From contig JANWYQ010000055.1 of NCBI GenBank assembly GCA_025055015.1, positions 41,371-105,370 of the forward strand: a DNA stretch of 64,000 bases. The letters run 5' to 3'. Positions 9,744 to 19,360 of this stretch are shown here, one piece after another (positions within the stretch are counted from its first letter, which is position 1; the number at the start of each line of letters is the position of its first letter). This DNA comes from Caldilineales bacterium. Its GTDB lineage: Bacteria > Chloroflexota > Anaerolineae > JAAEKA01. Both the position numbers and the translations under genes were made by a program. The notes beneath the pieces are model-generated. The model did not search any database. It was given only the letters and a program-made list of their open reading frames with translations, and was not told where the DNA came from.

Positions 9744-9914
9744 ATGACCTACCAAACCAACTGTCCCGAGTGCGACGCCGTCCTTACCCTCACCGACCCC
9801 CTCCAGGGCGAAATCGTGCCCTGCCCCGACTGCGGTGTGGAGCTGGAGGTGGTGTCCGTAAGCCCGCTGACCCTGGACCTGGCGCCCGAGGAAGAGGAGG
9901 ACTGGGGCGAATGA
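9744..9914 (+). CDS. lysW: alpha-aminoadipate/glutamate carrier protein LysW (56 aa)
   Basis: N-terminal Zn-ribbon CPECDA..CPDCG. Acidic C-terminal tail EEEEDWGE characteristic of LysW. AGGAG RBS. Stop overlaps the lysX start (ATGA). Confidence 0.9.
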   Translation: MTYQTNCPECDAVLTLTDPLQGEIVPCPDCGVELEVVSVSPLTLDLAPEEEEDWGE

Positions 9915-10777
9915 CGCGCGTGGCCGTCCTCGTTTCCCGCATACGCGTCGAGGAGAAGCTGCTGCTGGCCAGCCTGGAGGCGGCCGGCGCGCAGGTGCAG
10001 GTGGTCAACGACGGGGAGCTGGTCTTCCGCCTGGGTGACGGCGTCACCCGGCTGGAGGCTGACGTGGCGCTGGAGCGCTCGGTGAGCACGGCGCGTGGGC
10101 TCTACGCTCTGCGCCTGCTGGAGGCCGCGGGCATGCCCACGGTCAACACCTACACGGTGGCCTCCACCTGCGCGGACAAGCTGCTGACCACCGCTGCGCT
10201 GACCGAGGCCGGCATACCCCAGCCGCAGGCGCGCGTCGCCTTCACGCCGGAGGCCGCTCTCCAAGCCATCGAGGAGCTGGGCTATCCGGTGGTGCTCAAG
10301 CCGGTGGTGGGCTCGTGGGGCCGGCTGCTCGCCCGGGTCAACGACCGAGACGCGGCCGAGGCGATCCTGGAGCATAAGGAGGTGCTGGGCTCCTACCTGC
10401 ACAGCATCGTCTACGTGCAGGAGTACATCGCCAAGCCGGGCCGCGACGTCCGCGCCTTCGTGGTGGGCGACGAGACTGTGGCGGCCATCTACCGTCGCTC
10501 CGACCACTGGATCACCAACACCGCTCGCGGGGGCCAGGCCGGCAACTGCCCGGTGACGCCGGAGATCAACGACCTGTGCCGCCGCGCCGCGCGTGCGGTG
10601 GGCGCAGGCGAAGCCGGCGCAGTGCTGGCCGTTGACCTGCTGGAGGACCCCGACCGCGGGCTGCTGGTCAACGAGGTTAACCACACCATGGAGTTCCGCA
10701 ACAGCATCGAGCCCACCGGCGTGGACATTCCGGGGCTGGTGGCGAGGTATGTGCTGGCGCGGGCGGGTGGCCGCTGA
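9911..10777 (+). CDS. lysX: LysX, alpha-aminoadipate--LysW ligase (RimK-type ATP-grasp)
   Basis: ATP-grasp fold motifs. Immediately follows lysW with an ATGA overlap. Confidence 0.85.
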   Translation: MTRVAVLVSRIRVEEKLLLASLEAAGAQVQVVNDGELVFRLGDGVTRLEADVALERSVSTARGLYALRLLEAAGMPTVNTYTVASTCADKLLTTAALTEAGIPQPQARVAFTPEAALQAIEELGYPVVLKPVVGSWGRLLARVNDRDAAEAILEHKEVLGSYLHSIVYVQEYIAKPGRDVRAFVVGDETVAAIYRRSDHWITNTARGGQAGNCPVTPEINDLCRRAARAVGAGEAGAVLAVDLLEDPDRGLLVNEVNHTMEFRNSIEPTGVDIPGLVARYVLARAGGR

Positions 10778-10892
10778 TCGGTAACCGATGACCGGTGACC
10801 GGTAGCTCGTAAGCCGCAACCCTCTGCGCGAAGAGACGACCGCTCACTGATCACCGATTACCGCTCACTGATCACCGTTCACCGTTCACCGA
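10776..10892. repeat. heptanucleotide tandem repeat array (GGTAACC/GGTGACC units), then reverse-complement array (CTGATCA/CCGTTCA units) giving an imperfect inverted repeat
   Basis: 7-nt periodicity visible in cggtaac cgatgac cggtgac cggtagc ... ccgctca ctgatca ccgatta ccgctca ctgatca ccgttca ccgttca. Located in the lysX-lysY intergenic region. Confidence 0.8.
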
Positions 10893-10899
10893 GACAACC

Positions 10900-11973
10900 A
10901 TGACCGTACGAGCATCCATCGTCGGCGCGTCGGGCTACGGCGGCGGCGAGCTGCTGCGGCTGCTGCTGGCCCACCCCCACGTGGAGGTCGCCCAGGTGAC
11001 CTCGGAGTCCAACGCCGGCAACTACGTGCACAGCGTGCACCCCAACCTGCGGCCCGGCCTGGCCATGCGGCGGTATGCGGGCTACGCCAGCGGCCAGGGG
11101 CTGCGCTTCACCAGCATCGCCGAGCTGCAGCCGTGCGACGTGCTCTTCCTGGCCCTGCCCCACGGCGAGGCGCAGCGTCGCATCGAGCACTTCGCCGGCC
11201 TAGCCGAGCGCATCGTGGACCTGTCGGCCGACTTCCGGCTGCGGGACCCGGCCGCCTACCGCCAGCGCTACGGCGAGCCCCACCTTGCGCCGGCTTGGCT
11301 GGAGCGCTTCGTCTACGGCCTGCCGGAGCTGAACCGGGAGGCCATCCGCCAAACCCGCTACTGCAGCGGCGTGGGCTGCAACGCCACGGCCTCCATCCTG
11401 GCCCTGCTGCCGCTGCAGCGGGCCGGCCTCCTGCGCGCGGACCGGCCCATCGTGGTGGACGTCAAGGCCGGCTCCTCCGAGGGCGGCGCATCGCCCAGCC
11501 TGGCCTCGCACCACCCGGAGCGCAGCGGCGCAGTGCGCTCCTTTGCGCCCACCGGCCACCGCCACGAGGCCGAGGTGATCCAGGCCCTGGGCCGGGAGGA
11601 CATCTACCTCTCGGTGACGTCCATCGAGCTGGTGCGCGGGGTGTTAGCCACGGCCCATTGCTGGGTGGAGCCTGGGCTGACCGACAAGGACCTGTGGCGC
11701 GCCTACCGCGCCGCCTACGGCCAGGAACCCTTCGTGCGCATCGTGCACGAGCGGACCGGCGTCTATCGCCATCCGGAGCCCAAGCTGCTGGCCGGCACCA
11801 ACCTGGCCGACGTCGGCTGGGACCTGGACCCGGCCACCGGCCGGCTGGTGGCCCTGGCCGCGATTGACAACCTGGGCAAGGGCGCAGCCGGCAGCGCCGT
11901 GCAGTGCATGAACCTGATGCTCGGCCTCGACGAGACGGCTGGGCTGGAGTTTGTCGGGTTACATCCGGTGTGA
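10900..11973 (+). CDS. lysY: LysY / ArgC-type N-acyl-gamma-aminoadipyl(glutamyl)-phosphate reductase
   Basis: N-terminal Rossmann motif VGASGYGGGELLRLL. Catalytic Cys region SGVGCNATA. Length 357 aa. Confidence 0.85.
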   Translation: MTVRASIVGASGYGGGELLRLLLAHPHVEVAQVTSESNAGNYVHSVHPNLRPGLAMRRYAGYASGQGLRFTSIAELQPCDVLFLALPHGEAQRRIEHFAGLAERIVDLSADFRLRDPAAYRQRYGEPHLAPAWLERFVYGLPELNREAIRQTRYCSGVGCNATASILALLPLQRAGLLRADRPIVVDVKAGSSEGGASPSLASHHPERSGAVRSFAPTGHRHEAEVIQALGREDIYLSVTSIELVRGVLATAHCWVEPGLTDKDLWRAYRAAYGQEPFVRIVHERTGVYRHPEPKLLAGTNLADVGWDLDPATGRLVALAAIDNLGKGAAGSAVQCMNLMLGLDETAGLEFVGLHPV

Positions 11974-12055
11974 TCAGTAACCGGTGAACGGTAACCGGTA
12001 AGCAGTGACCGGACTGCCAACCACCGTTTGCCGTTTACCGATCACCGTTTATCGG
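11972..12055. repeat. heptanucleotide tandem repeat array (GAACGGT/AACCGGT forward, then CACCGTT/TGCCGTT reverse orientation)
   Basis: tgatcagtaaccggtgaacggtaaccggtaagcagtgacc...ccaccgtttgccgtttaccgatcaccgtttatcgg. Same unit family as 10776-10892 and 52779-52880. Located in the lysY-lysZ spacer. Confidence 0.8.
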
Positions 12056-12067
12056 CATGGAGTAGAC

Positions 12068-12883
12068 ATGAACCCACTCGTCATCAAGGCCGGCGGCGGC
12101 GCGGGCGTGGACGTGGACGCGATCTGCCGGGACGTGGCAGCGCTGGCAGCGGCCGGGCAGCCGCTGGTGCTGGTGCACGGCACGTCGGCCGCCGCGGACG
12201 CGCTGGCGCAGCGAGCCGGCGTGCCTGTGCGCACCCTGACCTCCCCCTCCGGCCACGTCAGCCGGTACACCGACCCGGAAACGCTGGAGATCTACGTGGC
12301 CGCAGCGGCCGGCCAGGTGAACAAGCGCATCGTGGCCACCCTGCAGGGGCTGGGCTGCAACGCGGTGGGCCTGTCGGGCGTGGACGGCCGCCTGCTGCTG
12401 GCCGAGCGCAAGGACGCCGTGCGCGCGGTGGAGGCCGGCCGGCAGCGCATCGTGCGGGACGACTACACCGGCCGGCTGGTGTCGGTCAACGCGGACCTGC
12501 TGCGGCTGCTGCTGGCCGCGGGCTACACGCCGGTGGTCGCGCCCCTGGCTTTGGGCACGCAGGCTGAGCGGCTCAACGTGGACGGCGACCGTGCGGCGGC
12601 GCTGGTGGCCGTGGGCCTGGCGGCCGCCAAGCTGGTCATTCTCACCAACGTGCCAGGCCTGCTGGCCAGCTTTCCCGACGAGGCCAGCCTGGTGCGCCAT
12701 GTGCCGGCCGACCGTCTGGACTGGGCCGAGGGCCTGGCCCAAGGGCGCATGAAGAAGAAGGTGCTGGCCGCGCGCGAGGCCCTGGCCGGCGGCGTCCCCA
12801 CCGTCATCCTGGCCGACTCGCGCGTGCCTCAGCCGGTGCAGGCGGCGCTGGCGGGCAGCGGGACGTGGATCGGTGAACGGTAA
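12068..12883 (+). CDS. lysZ: LysZ / ArgB-type amino-acid kinase
   Basis: Begins MNPLVIKAGGGAG (amino-acid kinase family N-terminus). Confidence 0.8.
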   Translation: MNPLVIKAGGGAGVDVDAICRDVAALAAAGQPLVLVHGTSAAADALAQRAGVPVRTLTSPSGHVSRYTDPETLEIYVAAAAGQVNKRIVATLQGLGCNAVGLSGVDGRLLLAERKDAVRAVEAGRQRIVRDDYTGRLVSVNADLLRLLLAAGYTPVVAPLALGTQAERLNVDGDRAAALVAVGLAAAKLVILTNVPGLLASFPDEASLVRHVPADRLDWAEGLAQGRMKKKVLAAREALAGGVPTVILADSRVPQPVQAALAGSGTWIGER

Positions 12884-14065
12884 ATGGACCCCACAGCCAT
12901 CATATCCATCGAGTCCGCCCACACCTCCGGCGTTTACCCGAAGCGGCCGGTGGCCATCGTGCGCGGGCAGGGCGCGCGGGTGTGGGACGCCGAGGGCAAC
13001 GAGTACGTTGACTGCGTGGGCGGCCAGGGCGCAGCCAACCTGGGCCACGCCCACCCGGCCATCGTGGCCGCCGTCACCCAGCAGGCCGCGCAGCTCATCT
13101 CCTGCCCGGAGATCTTCCACAACGACCGCCGGGCGGAGCTGTTGGCAGCCCTGGCCCAGGCCGCGCCGGCCGGCCTGCAGCGAGCCTTCCTGTGCAACTC
13201 CGGCGCCGAGGCGGTGGAGGCGGCCATCAAGTTCGCCTGGCTGAGCACCGGCCGTCGGCAGATCGTAGCCTGTCAACGGGGCTTCCACGGCCGCACCCTG
13301 GGCGCACTGTCTGCCACCTGGGAGCCCAAGTACCGCGAGCCTTTCGAGCCGCTGGTGCCCGGCTTTCGCCACGTGCCCTACAACGACGTGGACGCGCTGG
13401 AGCAGGCCGTGGACGACCAGACCGCTGCGGTGCTGCTGGAGGTGGTGCAGGGCGAGGGCGGGGTGCGGCCCGGCGATCCGGCCTTCCTGCTGGCCGCGCA
13501 GCGCCTCTGCCGCGAGCGGGGCGCGCTGCTGATCGTGGACGAGGTGCAGACCGGCTACGGTCGCACCGGTCGTCTCTTCGCCTGTCAGCACTACGGCCTG
13601 GAGCCCGACCTGATGCCCATCGCCAAGTCCATGGCCGGCGGCCTGCCCATGGGCGCGTGTCTGATCGGACCTCGGGTGGGCGAGCTGGCCAAGCTGACCC
13701 ACGGCAGCACCTTCGGCGGCAACCCATTGGCCTGTGCAGCGGCCCTGGCTACGCTGCACGTCATGGCTGCCGAGGACCTGCCCGGCCGGGCAGCCCGCCT
13801 GGGCGCCTGGCTGCTGGAGCGCCTGCGGGCCATCCGCTCGCCGCTGATCCGCGAGGTGCGCGGCCTGGGCCTGCTGGTGGGCATCGAGCTCAAGGTCAAG
13901 GTCACGCCGATTTTGCAGCGGCTGCAGGCGCGCGGCGTCCTGGCTCTGCCCGCCGGCGCCGCCGTTCTCCGCCTCCTGCCGCCCTTGGTCATCGAGCAGG
14001 AGGACCTGGAGCGCGTGGCGCAGGCGATTGAGGCGGAGCTGGGACGAGGCACGAGCAACGAGTAA
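12884..14065 (+). CDS. lysJ: LysJ / ArgD-type class-III aminotransferase (acetylornithine/LysW-gamma-lysine aminotransferase)
   Basis: PLP aminotransferase class III motifs: LIVDEVQTGYGRTG and the PLP-lysine region PDLMPIAKSMAGG. Stop/start overlap with lysZ (TAAATG). Confidence 0.85.
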   Translation: MDPTAIISIESAHTSGVYPKRPVAIVRGQGARVWDAEGNEYVDCVGGQGAANLGHAHPAIVAAVTQQAAQLISCPEIFHNDRRAELLAALAQAAPAGLQRAFLCNSGAEAVEAAIKFAWLSTGRRQIVACQRGFHGRTLGALSATWEPKYREPFEPLVPGFRHVPYNDVDALEQAVDDQTAAVLLEVVQGEGGVRPGDPAFLLAAQRLCRERGALLIVDEVQTGYGRTGRLFACQHYGLEPDLMPIAKSMAGGLPMGACLIGPRVGELAKLTHGSTFGGNPLACAAALATLHVMAAEDLPGRAARLGAWLLERLRAIRSPLIREVRGLGLLVGIELKVKVTPILQRLQARGVLALPAGAAVLRLLPPLVIEQEDLERVAQAIEAELGRGTSNE

Positions 14066-14255
14066 CGCTTGCATCTGCGCTGCGCTCTGTCGCCAGTGCA
14101 GATGTACATAACCCGGATCCGTCCCACCACTTCCGGTGACGCATCACCTACGACGCACCACACGGTCCCGAACACTGGGCAACCCGGAGACGGCCACCAC
14201 CACTCCGGCTGCGCGGGACGCCTCACTCGTTACGCATCAGTTCCCGGAGCCCCCT

Positions 14256-15407
14256 ATGTCCCTGGAAAACTACAACATCATCGAGTCGACCCTCCGCGAG
14301 GGTGAACAGTTCGTCGGCGCGCAGTTCACGCGCGAGCAGAAGATCCGCATTGCCCAGGCGCTGGACGGCCTCGGCGTGGAGTACCTGGAGCTCACGTCGC
14401 CGTTGGCCTCGCCCGGCAGCCTGGAGGACATCAAGGCCATCGTTGGCCTGGGCCTTCATGCCCGCATCCTCACCCACATCCGCTGCCACAAGGAAGACGC
14501 CAAGGTGGCGCTGGACACCGGCGTGGACGGCATTGACGTGGTGATCGGCACCTCGTCGCAGCTGCGCCAGTTCAGCCACGGCAAGAGCATTGACGAGATC
14601 ATTGACCTGGCGGCTGAGGTGTTGACCTTCATCCGCAGCCAGGCGCCGGGCATTGAGCTGCGCTTCAGCACCGAGGACTCCTTTCGCAGCGAGGAGAAGG
14701 ACCTGCTGCGAGTCTACCTGGCCGTGGACCGGCTGGGGGTGGTCAACCGCCTGGGCATCGCCGACACTGTGGGCATTGCCACGCCCAGCCAGGTGCTGCG
14801 CCTGGTGAGCACCCTGCGCCGGCTCACCACCGCCGACATCGAGTTCCACGGCCACAACGACTCCGGCTGCGCGGTGGCCAACGCCTTCGCCGCGCTGGAG
14901 GGCGGCGCGACGCATGTGGACACCAGCGTGCTGGGCATCGGCGAGCGCAACGGCATCACCCCCCTGGGCGCGTTCATCGCCCGCATGTACACCTACGACC
15001 GCGAGACGGTGAAGCGCAAATATCGTCTGGATCGCCTGCGCCGGGTGGAGCTGATGGTGGCCGAGATGGTGGGCGTGGACATCCCCTTCAACAACCCCAT
15101 CACCGGCTTCTGCGCCTTTACCCACAAGGCCGGCATCCACGCCAAGGCCATCCTCAACAAGCCGGAGACCTACGAGGCCCTGGATCCCACCGACTTCGGC
15201 CTGACCCGCTACATCTCCATCGCCCATCGCCTGACCGGCTGGAACGCGGTCAAGGCTCGCGCCGAGCAGCTCGGCCTGAGCCTCACCGACGAGCAGATCA
15301 AGTCCCTCACCCAGCACATCAAGGCCCTGGCCGACGAAAAGCCGCTAGGGCTGGACGATGTGGATGAGCTGTTGCACACGTGGGGGAATGGAGTGGGTGG
15401 TAACTGA
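14256..15407 (+). CDS. homocitrate synthase (LeuA/NifV family)
   Basis: [15 protein letters not shown] motif near the N-terminus and HxH metal site HGHNDSG. Positioned directly before homoaconitase in the lysine cluster. Confidence 0.85.
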   Translation: MSLENYNIIESTLREGEQFVGAQFTREQKIRIAQALDGLGVEYLELTSPLASPGSLEDIKAIVGLGLHARILTHIRCHKEDAKVALDTGVDGIDVVIGTSSQLRQFSHGKSIDEIIDLAAEVLTFIRSQAPGIELRFSTEDSFRSEEKDLLRVYLAVDRLGVVNRLGIADTVGIATPSQVLRLVSTLRRLTTADIEFHGHNDSGCAVANAFAALEGGATHVDTSVLGIGERNGITPLGAFIARMYTYDRETVKRKYRLDRLRRVELMVAEMVGVDIPFNNPITGFCAFTHKAGIHAKAILNKPETYEALDPTDFGLTRYISIAHRLTGWNAVKARAEQLGLSLTDEQIKSLTQHIKALADEKPLGLDDVDELLHTWGNGVGGN

Positions 15408-15417
15408 GGAGTACGCC

Positions 15418-17526
15418 ATGCCTTACACCTTCGCCGAAAAAGCCTTGGCCCGCGCGGCCGGTTTGCGCAGCGCCGTGGTCGGGCAGATCGTAGACGTCAC
15501 CCCTGACGTGGCCCTCAGCCATGACAACACGGCTGCCATCGCCCGCATCTTCCGATCGCTAGGCGCAGAGCGGGTCAAACATCCGGAGCGGCTGGCCATT
15601 ACCCTGGACCACGCGGTGCCCGCGCCCACCACGCTCCACGCCACCAACCACGCGGAGGTGCGTCGCTTCGTGGCCGAGCAAGGCATCCGCCATTTCTTCG
15701 AGGCCGGCCGCGGCATCTGCCACCAGGTGCTCAGCGAGGAGGCGCTGGTGCTGCCCGGCCAGACGGTCCTGGGCGCGGACAGCCACACCACGCACTTCGG
15801 CTGGCTGGGCGCCTTCGGCGCGGGCATCGGCCGCAGCGAGATGGCAGCCATCTGGGCCACCGGCCAGCTCTGGCTGCGGGTGCCGGAGACCATCCGCGTT
15901 GACCTGGTGGGTGAGCTGCCGCCGGGCGTCACCGCCAAGGACCTGAGCCTGGTGGTGTTGCAGATGCTGGGCGAGGAGGCCGGCATCTACCGCGCCTTGG
16001 AGTTCGGCGGGCCCGGCCTGGCCACCCTAAGCCTGGAGAGCCGCATGGTGATCCCCAACATGATGGCCGAGGCTGGGGCGAAGAGCGCGTACCTGCCGCC
16101 GGACGAGGCGGTGTTTCGGTGGTTGGCGGAGCGGCTGGTGCGGAGGCGGGAGGGGAAAAGGAGGGAAAGGAGGGAAAGGAGGGAGCTGGGGGAGCTAGGG
16201 GAACCAGAGGAACTGGGGGAGGTGGTGGAGCGGCTGAGGGCGATGGCGCTGTACCCTGACCCGGACGCGACCTACGTGGCGCGCTACGAGGTGAACCTGT
16301 CGGCCCTGGAGCCGGTGGTGGCGTGTCCCCATCATCCGGCCAACGTGGCGCCGCTGTCGCAGGTGGCAGGGACGCGGGTGGACCAGGCCTTCCTGGGCAC
16401 CTGCACCAACGGCCGGCTGGAGGACCTGGCCGAGGCTGCGGCGGTGCTGCGGGCCCCCGACGGCCGGGTGCGGCGGGTGGCGCCCGGCACGCGGCTGCTG
16501 GTGATCCCCGCCTCCAGCGAAGTGCTTCAGGCTGCGCTGGCCGCGGGCTACCTCGAGACCTTCCTGCAGGCCGGAGCCATGATCGGCACCCCCGGCTGCG
16601 GTCCCTGCATGGGCAACCACATGGGCATCCCCGCGCCGGGCGAGGTGACTATTAGCAGCGCCACCCGCAACTGCCGCGGGCGCATGGGCACGGCCGAGAG
16701 CGAGGTCTACCTGGCCAGCCCGGCAGTGGTGGCGGCGTCGGCGGTCTTGGGCCGTATTGCGGATCCGCGGGAGGTCATCGGAGACGGGAAGGAGGAGAGG
16801 AAGGAGCGTAGGGCGAGGAGGGACAAGGCGGAGACGCAGAGGTGGTGGAGGGTTGTGCACGAGATACCGGAGGTGGCAGCAGTCCCGCAGGCGGCGCTCG
16901 CCGGAGGTCGGCCGGCAGGCAGGCGGCAGGCAGCAGACGGTCCGGGGTTAGCGGATCCCGCTGACGGGGCCGGCGCTCCACCCCACCACCCAACCAATTT
17001 ACCGATCCACCAACCTACCGACCACCTCTCCCCCTCTGCCTTCTCCGGCCGCGCCTGGAAGTACGGCGACAACGTCAATACCGACGTGATCTTCCCCGGC
17101 AAGTACACCTACACCCTGCGCGAGCCCAGCGAGTGGGCGAAGCACGCGCTGGAGGACCTAGACCCGACCTTTGCGGCCAACGTGCAGCCTGGCGATATCA
17201 TCGTGGCCGGCCGCAACTGGGGCTGTGGCTCCAGCCGTGAGCAGGCCGTGGGCGCGCTCAAGGCTGCCGGCGTGCGCGCCATCGTGGCCGCCAGCTTTGC
17301 CCGCATCTACTTCCGCAACGCGGTCAACAACGGCATCCTGCCCATCGTCTGCCCCGAGGCCGTGGCCGCCATCCAGCCCGGCGAGACCGTCACCGTGGAC
17401 CCGGAGCGCTGCATCGTGCGCTGCGCAGCCGGCGACTTCCCCTTCCCTCCCCTGTCCGACTCGCTGAGAGCCATCGTGGCGGCGGGGGGATTGGTGGAGA
17501 TGTTGAGAGCAACACGTAATGCGTAA
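15418..17526 (+). CDS. homoaconitase with fused large (LeuC-like) and small (LeuD-like) subunits joined by low-complexity linkers
   Basis: Aconitase-family Fe-S ligand motifs GADSHT, GTCTNGR and GCGPCMG in the first 480 aa. A LeuD-like swivel domain at the C-terminus ([16 protein letters not shown]...[14 protein letters not shown]). Two purine-rich insert-encoded linkers (nt 16141-16235 and 16780-17040). No stop codon between the two domains. Confidence 0.8.
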   Translation: MPYTFAEKALARAAGLRSAVVGQIVDVTPDVALSHDNTAAIARIFRSLGAERVKHPERLAITLDHAVPAPTTLHATNHAEVRRFVAEQGIRHFFEAGRGICHQVLSEEALVLPGQTVLGADSHTTHFGWLGAFGAGIGRSEMAAIWATGQLWLRVPETIRVDLVGELPPGVTAKDLSLVVLQMLGEEAGIYRALEFGGPGLATLSLESRMVIPNMMAEAGAKSAYLPPDEAVFRWLAERLVRRREGKRRERRERRELGELGEPEELGEVVERLRAMALYPDPDATYVARYEVNLSALEPVVACPHHPANVAPLSQVAGTRVDQAFLGTCTNGRLEDLAEAAAVLRAPDGRVRRVAPGTRLLVIPASSEVLQAALAAGYLETFLQAGAMIGTPGCGPCMGNHMGIPAPGEVTISSATRNCRGRMGTAESEVYLASPAVVAASAVLGRIADPREVIGDGKEERKERRARRDKAETQRWWRVVHEIPEVAAVPQAALAGGRPAGRRQAADGPGLADPADGAGAPPHHPTNLPIHQPTDHLSPSAFSGRAWKYGDNVNTDVIFPGKYTYTLREPSEWAKHALEDLDPTFAANVQPGDIIVAGRNWGCGSSREQAVGALKAAGVRAIVAASFARIYFRNAVNNGILPIVCPEAVAAIQPGETVTVDPERCIVRCAAGDFPFPPLSDSLRAIVAAGGLVEMLRATRNA

Positions 17527-17731
17527 CCCGCAGCTGGTGTGGCGCAGGTGTTAGGGATGGTAGGAGCTCCGTTGACGCGGGTTCGATCGCCGGGCTAGCG
17601 TGGTGCAGGTGAAAGTTGGCCGTTCTCGTCCGCCGCTAGGACGGTCAGCTCCAGCATTGGGAAAGGGTAGCCAGCCCGATTGCGCAGATGCCGGATCAGG
17701 ATGCCCGTGTCCAACAGATATGCCGGCATGT

Positions 17732-17989
17732 TCACACGCCTTCTGCCCGATCCCACTCCAGCCGAGCGCGCCCCTCAGCGATCCACCGATCAATAGCGGG
17801 GCCATCGGCCAGCTCCGGATGGTCTGCATCCTGCCAGGCGCCGGCGCTGGCCTCCAAGGCAGCTTCCACCTGGATGCGCCGTAGCTCGCGCTCGACAGCC
17901 TCGGCGATAAATCGAGCCCGCTGCCGCGGCGGCACGAGATCGCGCAAGGCCCTGGCTACGTCTGCCGGCAGCAACACGTTCACACGCAT
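17732..17989 (-). CDS. ribbon-helix-helix (CopG/antitoxin-like) protein, 86 aa
   Basis: MRVNVLLPADVARALRDLV...RFIAEAVERELRR is an RHH signature. C-terminal GAWQDADHPELADGPAIDRWI tail resembles VapB/antitoxin C-termini. A paralog lies at 51599-51931. No adjacent toxin gene recognised. Confidence 0.6.
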   Translation of the reverse strand: MRVNVLLPADVARALRDLVPPRQRARFIAEAVERELRRIQVEAALEASAGAWQDADHPELADGPAIDRWIAEGRARLEWDRAEGV

Positions 17990-18234
17990 GGGAGGTGATG
18001 AATTGGTCACGGCGCACTCCGTAGGCACAGAAGTTTGTGCTTTCATTCTAAACACATCGAGGAGAGTGTCAAGAGCCGATAGCTGTAACACACGTAACGC
18101 GTAGTGTGTAATCCAAAGCTTGTGCAAGGTGTCTGCTCACTTCCGCCCAAGAGTTACGTCTTACCTGTGGCGCACGACTCGTTATGCCCCCGACAAGTCC
18201 TGCCACACTGCACTTGTCCCACGAGGAACCTCCC

Positions 18235-19287
18235 ATGCCCACTATCTGTCTCATCCCCGGCGACGGCGTCGGCCAGGAGGTGATCCCGGCCGCAGCGCGA
18301 GTGTTGACGACGGTCGCGCCTGACTTGGCCTTTGTGGAGGCCGAGGCCGGCTGGGCGTGCTTCCTGCGCTGCGGCACGGCCCTGCCCGACGAGACCCTGG
18401 CCGCCGTAGCCGCTGCGGACGCCACCCTCTTCGGCGCCACCCAGTCGCCTAGCACGCCGGTGGAGGGCTACCGCAGCCCCATCCTGGCCCTGCGCCAGCA
18501 CTTCGACCTCTACGCTAACTTGCGGCCTACCTGGACGATGCTGCCCGGCCAACCGGCTCTTGACCTCCTCCTCGTCCGCGAGAACACCGAGTGTCTCTAC
18601 GTCGGCCGCGAGCGCCGGGAGGGCGATGCGGCCATCGCCGAGCGCGTCATCACCCGCCGCGCCAGCCAACGCATTGCCCACGTCGCCTTCCAGCACGCGC
18701 GGCGGCGCGCGCAACAACCCTCCGCCTCATTGGCCACTGACAGTTTACCATTGACCATTGGCCAGTCCGCCGTCACCGTCGTTCACAAAGCTAACGTCCT
18801 CAAGCTCACCGACGGCCTGTTCCGAGAGGCGTGCCTGGAGGTGGCTCAAGCGTACCCCGACGTGCGGGTCAACGAGATGCTGGTGGACGCGGCCGCCATG
18901 TGGCTGGTGAAGAACCCCGGCCGCTTCGACGTGATCGTCACCACCAACCTTTTCGGCGACATCCTCTCCGACCTGGCCGCCGGGCTGGTGGGCGGGCTGG
19001 GCGTGGCGCCCTCGGCCAACGTGGGCGCGGGCCGGGTGGCCGTCTTCGAGCCGGTGCACGGCAGCGCGCCCGATATCGCCGGCCAGGGGATCGCCAACCC
19101 GGTGGGCGCCATCCTCAGCGCAGCGATGCTCCTGGACCACATCGGCCGGCCGGAGGCTGCGCGCCGGGTGCGCAGCGCTGTGGCCGAGACGCTGGCCTGT
19201 GGTACAATAACCCCCGACCTAGGCGGCGCGGCCTCCACCGACGAGGTGACGGCGGCGGTCGTCAGACACGCCAGCGCCCAGCGTTAG
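18235..19287 (+). CDS. homoisocitrate dehydrogenase (isocitrate/isopropylmalate dehydrogenase family)
   Basis: Begins [32 protein letters not shown] signature of beta-decarboxylating dehydrogenases. GAGGAA RBS. Confidence 0.85.
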   Translation: MPTICLIPGDGVGQEVIPAAARVLTTVAPDLAFVEAEAGWACFLRCGTALPDETLAAVAAADATLFGATQSPSTPVEGYRSPILALRQHFDLYANLRPTWTMLPGQPALDLLLVRENTECLYVGRERREGDAAIAERVITRRASQRIAHVAFQHARRRAQQPSASLATDSLPLTIGQSAVTVVHKANVLKLTDGLFREACLEVAQAYPDVRVNEMLVDAAAMWLVKNPGRFDVIVTTNLFGDILSDLAAGLVGGLGVAPSANVGAGRVAVFEPVHGSAPDIAGQGIANPVGAILSAAMLLDHIGRPEAARRVRSAVAETLACGTITPDLGGAASTDEVTAAVVRHASAQR

Positions 19288-19360
19288 TGGCCCAGGTTGC
19301 GCCAGCTGAGCGGTAGGCTGTTGGCGCCAAGCCGTAGCCACTAGGCTCCGGAGGTGAGCT

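Noticed and set aside
9460-9745. Looked for an L-box lysine riboswitch upstream of lysW.
   Set aside because: No L-box-like conserved helices recognised. The region is instead explained by a promoter, a Lys-codon leader peptide and a terminator (attenuator).
10776-12055. Heptamer repeat arrays considered as a CRISPR array.
   Set aside because: Units are only 7 nt and contiguous, with no spacer-sized unique sequences. No cas genes nearby.
12035-14074. 679-aa minus-strand ORF spanning lysZ/lysJ. Similar long ORFs: 22707-24308 (+), 6845-8017 (-), 9749-10819 (-), 53256-54734 (- frame through cofD), 54813-56027 (-), 55757-57319 (-), 13192-14031 (+), 62966-63895 (+).
   Set aside because: All are alternate-frame or antisense to genes with strong homology signals. 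They have Arg/Ala/Gly/Pro-rich low-complexity translations typical of open frames in about 70% GC DNA.
14066-14255. Hairpin gcatctgc...gcagatg after lysJ as a terminator splitting the lys cluster.
   Set aside because: No U-tract follows the stem. May be a weak RNA structure or processing site, but evidence is insufficient to call a terminator.
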